Assembly: GCA_016222915.1 (NCBI GenBank)
Contig: JACRQA010000085.1
Location: 1-56,240, forward strand
From: Nitrospirota bacterium
Lineage (GTDB): Bacteria; Nitrospirota; Thermodesulfovibrionia; UBA6902
Length of the DNA: 56,240 nucleotides
Reading direction: 5' to 3'
This document shows, piece after piece, positions 48,371-56,240 of the stretch (its first letter is position 1; each line of letters opens with the position of its first letter). The notes below the pieces were generated by a model. That model ran no database searches. It had not been told where the DNA came from and saw only the letters and a list, made by a program, of their open reading frames with translations. The position numbers were made by a program, and so were the translations under genes.

Positions 48371-50182
48371 ATGCGAAGAAATAACCTTAAAGGATTAAAA
48401 TATCCACTTCATCTTTCATTCTTAAAAAAATTATTTTTTTTAAGCGCCATCCTGTTTTTCCCGGCCGTTGCCTCTGCGCAGACAGAAGATGAGATGAAGA
48501 TGCTCCGGATGTATTTCAAGGAGGATGAACTCGTTGTGGCCCCCACCAGGTCACTGAAGCCCATTTCCCAGGTTGCAGAAAACATGAGCATTGTCACCGC
48601 TGATGAAATACAGGCGATGAACGCGCATACGCTCCTGGAAGTGCTTGAACATGTGCCAGGCATATATATCAATTATGCGGCAAATGATTTTTTCAAAAAC
48701 GGCTCTCTCTTCATCCAGCCGGCTTCATCAGCATGGGGATCTTCCCTCGGGGGCGTGATCAATATCGTGACAAAGGACATAGGGGACACTCTCACGCCGT
48801 CCGGGATGGTAAGCGCGTCATATGGGGAAAGGCAATCGCAGGATTACAACGCTGAGTTATCGGGTAAGGCAGGGATTGTCGGGTACTATCTTTACGCAGG
48901 AAGACAGGACTCCGACGGCTTAAGGTATAACAGGTTTTTTGAGAGAGACAGCCTTTATGGAAAGATCGATGTACAATTTCATCAGGATGTAAGATTCATG
49001 TTGACTGCCGGTTACAACGACGAACGCCATAACGAGGGAGACAGCAGTGACGATGACACTCACGGTCCAACAACAGATCGTGCCTCTTTTACGACCGGGA
49101 CTCTATTCGCCTCTATTACTGATAATCTCGCAATTGAAGCGTCATTGTATGAATTCAGACAGAAATTCGTTTTGGACCTTGAGACACTATCAACCGGGGA
49201 ATTACTTTACGAGGCAAACCTGACCGAAAATAAAAAGGGAGGCAGCGTCAAGCTTGTATATATTAATCACATGCATAATGCAGTCCTGGGATGGGACGTA
49301 AGCCACGGCGAACTCGATCAGACAGATGATTATCCCGGCCTGGGGACTTTCAAAAGCCAGCCGGGTATCAGTAAATGGGCGTTGTTTGTCAATGACACAT
49401 TGTCCATCGGCAAGTTAGCCGTTACCCCGGGGCTGAGATATGACGAGAACAATATCAGCGGCGACTTTACAAGCCCAAGCCTCGGCGCGACTTATAAACT
49501 CGGTAAAAAAACAATTCTCAGGGCCTCTGTGGCAAAGGGCTTCAATATACCGCCGCTCTCCTATACATCCGGCGCAAGTTTAGGTTATGAGCCGAATCCG
49601 TCACTCAAGCCGGAGACTGTGTGGTCATATCAGACAGGAGCAGAGTCTTTGATAGGAGATTATTTAAATTCCAGGATCGTATTTTTCCAGCACAACGTGA
49701 AGGACGAGATGCAATTGGAGACGGACGAAACTACGCAGATAAGTCACCATGTCAATACGGGAAAAACCAGGCGCACGGGCATGGAGCTTGATATGGAGAC
49801 TATTCCTTTTTACAATTTATCCCTGAAAGCCGGCTTCTCCTATTTACAGAGAAAGCTTCTCTCTGATGATAGCGACAACCCTGTCAATACAATTTATGAC
49901 TATAACATTGCAGTTAAATACGATGACATGAAATCCCTTTCCGCACAGCTTTCAGGTAATTATACGTGGTGGGACGTTACTGAAGATGCTGAATTTTACG
50001 ACCCAGCCTATAAAACAATGATATGGGACTTGGACCTCGTCCAAAAAATATTCTCAACGGACAGATTCAGTTCCAAGATTTTCCTCACGGCCCACAACTT
50101 ATTTAACGGCTCTTACTACACATGGGACATAAGCAAGAACCCGCGCAGGTGGGTCGAGGCAGGGGTGAGATTGGAATTCTAG
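48371..50182 (+). CDS. TonB-dependent receptor with an apparently shortened plug domain
   Basis: Signal peptide, VLEHVPGI, PASSAWGSSLGGVINIVTK, NPSLKPE, NLFN, terminal F. Confidence 0.9.
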   Translation: MRRNNLKGLKYPLHLSFLKKLFFLSAILFFPAVASAQTEDEMKMLRMYFKEDELVVAPTRSLKPISQVAENMSIVTADEIQAMNAHTLLEVLEHVPGIYINYAANDFFKNGSLFIQPASSAWGSSLGGVINIVTKDIGDTLTPSGMVSASYGERQSQDYNAELSGKAGIVGYYLYAGRQDSDGLRYNRFFERDSLYGKIDVQFHQDVRFMLTAGYNDERHNEGDSSDDDTHGPTTDRASFTTGTLFASITDNLAIEASLYEFRQKFVLDLETLSTGELLYEANLTENKKGGSVKLVYINHMHNAVLGWDVSHGELDQTDDYPGLGTFKSQPGISKWALFVNDTLSIGKLAVTPGLRYDENNISGDFTSPSLGATYKLGKKTILRASVAKGFNIPPLSYTSGASLGYEPNPSLKPETVWSYQTGAESLIGDYLNSRIVFFQHNVKDEMQLETDETTQISHHVNTGKTRRTGMELDMETIPFYNLSLKAGFSYLQRKLLSDDSDNPVNTIYDYNIAVKYDDMKSLSAQLSGNYTWWDVTEDAEFYDPAYKTMIWDLDLVQKIFSTDRFSSKIFLTAHNLFNGSYYTWDISKNPRRWVEAGVRLEF

Positions 50183-50255
50183 TTTGTTTCTCCTGAATAT
50201 TATGCTGTATCCTGTCATTGGCAGGTATTTATAAAGCAATAAAAGGAGGGAAGAC

Positions 50256-50357
50256 ATGGAAAGAGAAGAAATCATTGTGCTGGATAAGGGGGTCAGCCTC
50301 GATGAACTGGCTGACGAAATGCCTTGCTGTAGACCAATGCCGCAGGCGCTGAAATAA
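50256..50357 (+). CDS. 33-aa RiPP precursor peptide with a CC motif (geopeptide-like; not in the ORF track)
   Basis: RBS AAGGAGG; MEREEIIVLDKGVSLDELADEMPCCRPMPQALK; acidic leader and CC core directly upstream of a radical SAM/SPASM gene. Confidence 0.88.
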   Translation: MEREEIIVLDKGVSLDELADEMPCCRPMPQALK

Positions 50358-50367
50358 CGATTGATTA

Positions 50368-50399
50368 AGGGGGGGGCATCGGCCCTCCCCTGATTTTTT
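50368..50399 (+). terminator. Intrinsic terminator-like hairpin between precursor and maturase
   Basis: GGGGGGGGC-ATCG-GCCCTCCCC followed by TGATTTTTT. Confidence 0.7.
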
Positions 50400-50418
50400 G
50401 CATTTCTATAAATAAGAA

Positions 50419-51726
50419 ATGAAACTCTCCAAGTATGTAAAAATTTATCCATATAACGAAAGACCCGGTTACCTCCTCCTTTACTCCACAAAACAATCAT
50501 CTAAAATTCTGGTGAAAGAAGAGACAGTCAAGTCAATACTCAAGGGCTCCCTTCCTGCTGAACATGCGGCCTCCCTTTCAAATCTTGGCATGATCGTCAC
50601 CGACCCTGATGCTGAAAAAAATGAAATGCTCGGTTTTCTCGATGTATTAAACAAAAAGAATGAGACCATTAACATTATCGCTGTGCTCAACCTCGACTGC
50701 AATTTCAAATGTGTTTACTGTTACGAGGGAGAGCTAAAGGGCGCTCATTACATGACAGATGAAACTGCAGGACTGCTGGTTGACTTCATCCGGGACAGGA
50801 TGACCCCAAAGAAACAGACCATCAATATTGATTTCTTCGGCGGAGAACCTATGCTAAGCATTGACATGATCAAAACCATCTCCGGAGAATTGAAATCTTT
50901 TGCCGAAGAGAGGGGTGTTATATATACGTTTACCCTCATTACAAACGGCTCGCTTTTCAAAAGGCGTTATGCAGAAGAACTCACAACATTAGGGCTGACA
51001 GGCATCAAGACGACCATTGACGGACCTCCTGAGACTCATAATATCACCAGGCCCTTCAAATCAGGCGCGGGCAGTTTTAACAACATCATTGAAAACCTCA
51101 AACAGACCTGGGACCTAGTAACGACAATAATCGGAGGAAATTACACGAGAGAAAATTACCATAGATTTCCCCTGCTCTTTGATTATCTCTCACATGAAGG
51201 TCTCACTCCGGACAGGATACATGAGGTGAGGTTCACGCCGGTCATACAAACGTCGGGAGGTCTCAATTCTCCGGCAGATTTTTCAGACGGTATGATGTCA
51301 ATAAATGAGCCATGGGTGGTTCATGCGGGCTCTCTGTTAAGAGAAGAAATATTGAAAAGGGGTTACTTTTCATCAAAGATTTCACCTTCGCCGTGTCAGA
51401 TAGATATCGATGATTATTATGTGGTGAATCATGATGGGGGCATCTACAAATGCCACTCATTCATAGGCAACAAGGCGTTCCAGATAGGACACCTTCGGAA
51501 GCAGCCGTCCGACTGGACCCTATCTCATAAGACATGTATGTGGAAGAACAGCGAATGCATGGACTGCGTCTACCTTCCACTCTGCTTCGGAGGATGTCAG
51601 TACATGACATATGTGAGGGACGGATGCGTTGATAAAATTGACTGCAGGAGACCCTACCTTGAAGCCTCCCTCGAAACAATGATCAGGCAGGACATCATCT
51701 ATGCAGGGAAACCGAAAAATTCATAA
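50419..51726 (+). CDS. Radical SAM/SPASM peptide maturase (geopeptide maturase-like)
   Basis: CNFKCVYC, FFGGEP, ITNG, IDGP..H...R; SPASM C...KC...CMDC.YLPLCFGGC...C; N-terminal extension may be an RRE. Confidence 0.92.
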   Translation: MKLSKYVKIYPYNERPGYLLLYSTKQSSKILVKEETVKSILKGSLPAEHAASLSNLGMIVTDPDAEKNEMLGFLDVLNKKNETINIIAVLNLDCNFKCVYCYEGELKGAHYMTDETAGLLVDFIRDRMTPKKQTINIDFFGGEPMLSIDMIKTISGELKSFAEERGVIYTFTLITNGSLFKRRYAEELTTLGLTGIKTTIDGPPETHNITRPFKSGAGSFNNIIENLKQTWDLVTTIIGGNYTRENYHRFPLLFDYLSHEGLTPDRIHEVRFTPVIQTSGGLNSPADFSDGMMSINEPWVVHAGSLLREEILKRGYFSSKISPSPCQIDIDDYYVVNHDGGIYKCHSFIGNKAFQIGHLRKQPSDWTLSHKTCMWKNSECMDCVYLPLCFGGCQYMTYVRDGCVDKIDCRRPYLEASLETMIRQDIIYAGKPKNS

Positions 51727-51827
51727 ATCAATCTCTCAGTTCACATCGCAAAAAATAATCCCTTGAATTAATCCCCTGCTTTCCTAATAATAAAAAAACT
51801 AACGATAACTGGTAGACCGTTAATGAA

Positions 51828-52421
51828 ATGCATAAAATCCTGATCATCGACGATGACAAAGACATGAGGTCCGTGCTTTCCGATCTTGTCAGGTCTGGAG
51901 GATACGAGGTTTTTTCGGCAGGCAACGGAAAAATCGCACTGAAAGAGGTCAGCATCCATTCTCCGGATTTGATCCTTTTGGACATCAGGCTGCCCGGCAT
52001 AGACGGGATGACCCTCCTGGAGAGGATCAAGGGAATAGACAGGAGCATAATCATTATCATGCTGACCGGTCATGGAGATATCAAAGATGCTGTAAAAGCC
52101 ATTAAGCTAGGGGCCTTCGATTATATAACCAAGCCTTTTAACAACGATGAAATAATAGCAGCCATCAAAAAGGCCCTGCAGGCCAGGCCTCACACCGGCA
52201 GTTCTCAATCAGCCGCTCTTTCGCTCAGGGAAAAAGAGGTGCTCAACTGGTTAAAAAAGGGCAAGAGCTCCTGGGAAATTTCATCGATACTCAATATTGG
52301 TGAGAGTACGGTAAATTTCCACATTACCAACATCATGCAAAAGCTGAATGCCGTAAGCAGGACCCAGGCCGTAGCTGTTGCCATCGAGCAGGGGCTCATC
52401 AATTCTGATGGACCATCCTGA
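51828..52421 (+). CDS. Response regulator: REC fused to an AHL-LuxR-type HTH
   Basis: IDDD, LDIRLP, LTG, KP; then LSLREKEVLNWLKKGKSSWEISSILNIGESTVNFHITNIMQKL, very similar to 44884..45108. Confidence 0.92.
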   Translation: MHKILIIDDDKDMRSVLSDLVRSGGYEVFSAGNGKIALKEVSIHSPDLILLDIRLPGIDGMTLLERIKGIDRSIIIIMLTGHGDIKDAVKAIKLGAFDYITKPFNNDEIIAAIKKALQARPHTGSSQSAALSLREKEVLNWLKKGKSSWEISSILNIGESTVNFHITNIMQKLNAVSRTQAVAVAIEQGLINSDGPS

Positions 52422-52482
52422 GTCAGCTTTTCAAGTCTTTCCCGCATTATAATTTATGTCAAAAAACAGGTCAGTTAAGGGT

Positions 52483-52502
52483 ACCTATAATTTCTTACAG
52501 GT
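52483..52502. promoter_or_regulatory. lux-box-like 20-bp palindrome
   Basis: ACCTATAATTTCTTACAGGT; 15/20 identical to the canonical lux box; a -10-like TGTTAAAAC lies about 20 nt downstream. Confidence 0.75.
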
Positions 52503-52682
52503 GACCATGAGTGGTAATATCTGTTAAAACATAGATACAAATCCATAATCAACACCGGAATGCCGGGATTACTTTAAGGCTGTTGGCAGGAACCAAAGAC
52601 CTTTTTAATCTTGTTAAGGGACATGGCTGACTAGGGCTCACCGGTTTGTGTTGAATTTTTTTTACTGTTTTATCAGGCATGC

Positions 52683-52928
52683 ATGAAAACGGCGATGAAA
52701 TTCGATATTAATTCAGACACCTTAAACAAGACCGATCGGTGCAGGGACAACTATTCGTGTTTGACAGGCGAAGGTAAATGTCTTTGCGAAGTTGAATCAC
52801 ACTTCGATAAAAATATACTATTTATCAAGACCCCTAAAATATTATGCAACTACTACATGTCGTTTGGATATTCCCATATCTGCAAGTGCCCCGCCAGGAA
52901 AGAAATTTTTTATCGTTATAACCAGTAA
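52683..52928 (+). CDS. Small Cys-rich hypothetical protein
   Basis: Six Cys (C....SCL, C.VE, CNY..SFG...C.CP.R) in 81 aa. Confidence 0.7.
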   Translation: MKTAMKFDINSDTLNKTDRCRDNYSCLTGEGKCLCEVESHFDKNILFIKTPKILCNYYMSFGYSHICKCPARKEIFYRYNQ

Positions 52929-53227
52929 ATTTTCCCCCTGTTTATTAATGCCGACGCACTGTCTTTAAACCACCCCCCCCAGCACGAGTCGATTCCGTCC
53001 TTGCCCTCCCCCGGCCAAGGACTTATGTACATATTACTTTTTATGATAACGGGACCGGGACACTGATGATATAATTAGAGTAGCGCCCGGATTGTTTCTG
53101 CCGGGCAAAGCAGGACCGGCGTAGGGTCCCGCTAATTATTTCGTGGATTACGGACTACACCTTTGCGAATATTACATCCAAAGAAATGACGGAAGGACCA
53201 TATTAAAAGATAACTAATAGACGCGCT

Positions 53228-55654
53228 ATGGACGAAATAAACCTCATGAAATCATCCAGCCAACTGTCTTCCCGCGAGGACGAAAACAGTTTCTTCAAGG
53301 CAAATGTACTGATAGTTGAAGACGAAGCGATTATAGCTATAGAATTGCAAAAGCATCTGGAGAGCATGGGATACAGAGTCACCTCAAAAGCGGCTTCAGG
53401 GGAAGATGCTGTTCTGATGGCACGGGAGGAGAACCCGGATTTAGTGCTGATGGACATCACATTGTCAGGAAAGATAAGCGGTATTGAGGCAGCCAGGCAG
53501 ATCCGGACTAGCCGCAATATCCCGGTCATTTATCTCACGGCACATTCAAATGAAGAGACACTGAAGCAGGCGACACAGACAGAACCATACGGATATCTGA
53601 TAAAACCGGTCGGGGACAAAGAACTTCATACCGCTATCGAGATCGCCCTTATCAAACACAGGACAGAAAAGCAGCTACGCTCCGCCGTTTCAAAGGCGCA
53701 GGAAGAAGAAGCCAAGACAAAAGCGATTATTGCGGGTATAGGCGACGGGATCATCCTGCAGGATACCGATTATAAAATAATCTATGAAAATCAGATCCAA
53801 AAAGACTTGTCCGGCTCCCATCTCGGCGACTACTGCTACAAGGCGTATACGGGCAGAAATACCATTTGCGAAAGTTGTCCTGTTGAAATGTCCTTCAGCG
53901 ACGGGCAAATTCACAAGGGAGAAAGAAGCTTGGCCACCTCAAAAGGGACCAGGCATTACGAGCTGACCTCATCTCCCATCAGAGATACGGCAGGGAAAAT
54001 CATAGCAGCGGTCAAGGTCCTCAGGGACATCACCGAGCGTAAGCTGATAGAGGAGGAACTGCTGAAACACAGGGAGAAACTTACCCTCCTGGTGGAAGAC
54101 AGGACCTCTGAGCTTACTTCAGCCGTCGATCTTCTCAAGAATGAAATTATGGAACGCCGGAAGACTGAAGACGCCCTGCGGGAAAGCGAAAGACGGTACA
54201 GAGAGCTATTCAATTATATGAGCAGCGGCATAACAGTGTATGAGTCCCTTGAAAACGGGGATGATTTTATCATCAAGGACTTCAACCATGCAGGTGAGGC
54301 CATTGATAAAATCAGAAAACAGGATATAATCGGGGAAAGGTTGACCAAGGTATTTCCCGGAGTCAAAGAATCCGGTCTCTTTGAAGTATTTAAGAGAGTT
54401 TGGAGGACCGGGGAAACCGAGCATCATGCCATCTGGTATTACGATGACAAGAGGATAAGCGGCTGGAGGGACAATCACATCTACAGGTTGTCAACCGGCG
54501 AGCTGATATCGGTTTATAACGATATCACGGACCAGGTAATCTCGGCAGAAAGGGAATCAGCCCTTCTCCGGCAGCTTAAAACCATATTCGAGAACTTTCC
54601 TGTCGGCATTGTCTATCTCGATGATAAATTCAGGATCATCAGCTCAAATAAATTTTTTGATGATTTTGCAGGATTCCGTGAGGGAGAGTTGAACGGGAAA
54701 ATATGTTACGAAGCAGTGGGTGAATATGCTGATGATCCGGCAAGAAAGGGAACAGACAAAATCTGCTCTTTTTGCAGGAAGGCTGAGTGTGCCGGAAGTA
54801 AAAAACCCGTGACAATGGAGCGGCCCATAAAAGACAAATTTATCAGGGTCACCACTATCCCTGAACTGAATGAAAAGGGCAATATCCACCGCTTTATGGA
54901 AATAGTTGAAGATATCACCGACCGCAAGCGGGCCGAAGCAGAGGCCGTTCGAGCCAGCCACCTGGCAGCGCTCGGCGAGCTGGCTGCCGGGGTGGCGCAT
55001 GAAATCAACAACCCCATAAACGGCATTATCAACTACACACAGATATTGCTGAACAGCGGCACAGAGGGGAACAGGGAACATGATATCGCCAGGAGAATCA
55101 TAAAAGAAGGCGACCGGATAGCTAATATTGTAAGAAGCCTCCTTTCTTTTGCGCGGGACAACACAGGGGACAGGGTCCCGGCAAATATTGCGGACATAAT
55201 TTCAGAGACCCTGGGACTTATCGAAATCCAATTGAAAAAAGACGGGATCAGGCTCGTCCTCGATATGCCCCGGACACTGCCTGCGGTTTTTGTTCAGCCC
55301 CAGCAGATAGAGCAGGTATTTTTAAATATAATAAGCAATGCCCGTTATGCGCTGAACAGTAAGTACGACGGGACGCATGATGATAAAATACTTGGGATCT
55401 TCGGTCAGGAGTCAAAGAACGGACCGCGCCCGTGCATCCAGGTCGTATTTCATGACCGGGGTCCGGGCATTCGTCCGGACATCCTTGATAAAATAATGAA
55501 CCCGTTTTTTTCCACCAAGCCCGGCGGTATCGGCACAGGCCTTGGATTAAGCATCAGTCACGGTATAATAAGTGATCATGGAGGCAGACTTTTAATTGAT
55601 AGCGTTGAGGGCAAGTTCGCTAAAGTAACAGTAGAGCTGCCGGTCAGGCATTAA
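53228..55654 (+). CDS. Cytoplasmic hybrid histidine kinase (REC, three PAS, HisKA, HATPase)
   Basis: VEDE, MDI, LTA, KP; PAS ends DITER/DITD/DITDRK; LAAGVAHEINNP, GTGLGL. Confidence 0.94.
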   Translation: MDEINLMKSSSQLSSREDENSFFKANVLIVEDEAIIAIELQKHLESMGYRVTSKAASGEDAVLMAREENPDLVLMDITLSGKISGIEAARQIRTSRNIPVIYLTAHSNEETLKQATQTEPYGYLIKPVGDKELHTAIEIALIKHRTEKQLRSAVSKAQEEEAKTKAIIAGIGDGIILQDTDYKIIYENQIQKDLSGSHLGDYCYKAYTGRNTICESCPVEMSFSDGQIHKGERSLATSKGTRHYELTSSPIRDTAGKIIAAVKVLRDITERKLIEEELLKHREKLTLLVEDRTSELTSAVDLLKNEIMERRKTEDALRESERRYRELFNYMSSGITVYESLENGDDFIIKDFNHAGEAIDKIRKQDIIGERLTKVFPGVKESGLFEVFKRVWRTGETEHHAIWYYDDKRISGWRDNHIYRLSTGELISVYNDITDQVISAERESALLRQLKTIFENFPVGIVYLDDKFRIISSNKFFDDFAGFREGELNGKICYEAVGEYADDPARKGTDKICSFCRKAECAGSKKPVTMERPIKDKFIRVTTIPELNEKGNIHRFMEIVEDITDRKRAEAEAVRASHLAALGELAAGVAHEINNPINGIINYTQILLNSGTEGNREHDIARRIIKEGDRIANIVRSLLSFARDNTGDRVPANIADIISETLGLIEIQLKKDGIRLVLDMPRTLPAVFVQPQQIEQVFLNIISNARYALNSKYDGTHDDKILGIFGQESKNGPRPCIQVVFHDRGPGIRPDILDKIMNPFFSTKPGGIGTGLGLSISHGIISDHGGRLLIDSVEGKFAKVTVELPVRH

Positions 55655-55661
55655 TATTATT

Positions 55662-56240
55662 ATGGCAAAGATCCTTATAGTCGACGACGAAGAAAGTATA
55701 CGTTTCACCTTTGACAGCTTCCTGTCGGACGAGGGGCATGAAGTGACCACCGCGGGAGAATACAATGAGGCCCTCGATATTATTTCCCGGGATGAGTTTG
55801 ATCTCATATTCATGGACATCGTTTTAGGCGGCAAGACCGGGATCGACCTTCTGAAGGAAGTCAAAAAAATGGGCCTTCACTGTCACGTTGTAATGATCAC
55901 CGGATACCCCAATGTCGAGACAGCGTCCGCAGCCCTCCGGTTAGGGGCTTTCGATTATATTTTCAAACCGGTCAAGCAGGAGATACTACTTCATATAACC
56001 GGCATGGCCCTGCAGAACAAGGCCCTCAGGGACGAAAATGAGAAATACCGGGCCAACCTTGAGGCGATCTTCAAGAGTGTAAAGGACGCTATAATTACCG
56101 TAGACAAAGACATGGCCGTACTTCAGGCAAATGAGGCCGCAGAAAAGATCTGTGGATTGACCAGCGGGTCTTCAGGCGGGAACTTTGGCGCAATACAGAC
56201 AGACTGCAACAGCAAGTGTCTTGAGGCGCTGAAAAAAACC
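55662..56240 (+). CDS. Response regulator with REC and PAS domains (partial; possibly NtrC-like)
   Basis: Not in the ORF track; MAKILIVDDEESIR...MDIVL...ITG...GAFDYIFKP, then PAS start DAIITVD; open to the window end. Confidence 0.88.
   Translation, partial: MAKILIVDDEESIRFTFDSFLSDEGHEVTTAGEYNEALDIISRDEFDLIFMDIVLGGKTGIDLLKEVKKMGLHCHVVMITGYPNVETASAALRLGAFDYIFKPVKQEILLHITGMALQNKALRDENEKYRANLEAIFKSVKDAIITVDKDMAVLQANEAAEKICGLTSGSSGGNFGAIQTDCNSKCLEALKKT

Noticed and set aside
44884-52421. Classical AHL LuxI/LuxR system
   Set aside because: No acyl-homoserine lactone synthase and no autoinducer-binding domain in the window.
33078-53061. Shared 13-mer ACGGGACCGGGAC at 33078 and 53049
   Set aside because: Only two short copies in unrelated contexts; could be chance.
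53082-53135. Riboswitch upstream of the PAS kinase
   Set aside because: Two hairpins and GGCAAA are present, but the conserved c-di-GMP-I pattern could not be completed by eye.
1-56240. CRISPR array
   Set aside because: No regularly spaced direct repeats with unique spacers; the repeats seen are dispersed palindromes.

Overview
Gene-dense bacterial window, probably from a Nitrospirota- or Desulfobacterota-like organism (inferred from gene content). Left to right: (1) a minus-strand redox operon with nfnAB, a REC domain fused to a truncated NuoE domain, a 2Fe-2S ferredoxin and a partial NuoF/HndC subunit; (2) two NarL-type regulators, an RND efflux operon with TetR, and a sensor kinase; (3) a DsrC-like protein lacking the C-terminal Cys, divergent from an A2-type caa3 oxidase operon; (4) a redox/iron-stress region with an uncalled UxxC thioredoxin-like selenoprotein, three ferritin-like proteins, two uncalled bis-His single-helix micropeptides, a membrane cytochrome c and an AhpF-like thioredoxin reductase; (5) tRNA-Asn; (6) a kinase/regulator pair and a chemotaxis cluster with a nonsense-interrupted STAS gene and a 5'-deleted cheD; (7) a locus at about 44.9-52.9 kb with an uncalled 33-aa CC-motif precursor peptide, a radical SAM/SPASM maturase, a TonB-dependent receptor, a periplasmic binding protein, a hybrid kinase, two AHL-LuxR-type HTH proteins lacking the autoinducer domain, and two 20-bp lux-box-like palindromes. 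Locus (7) is the best candidate for an undescribed system: peptide-signal quorum sensing wired onto lux boxes (inference). GTAG-type REP hairpins recur in intergenic spaces.
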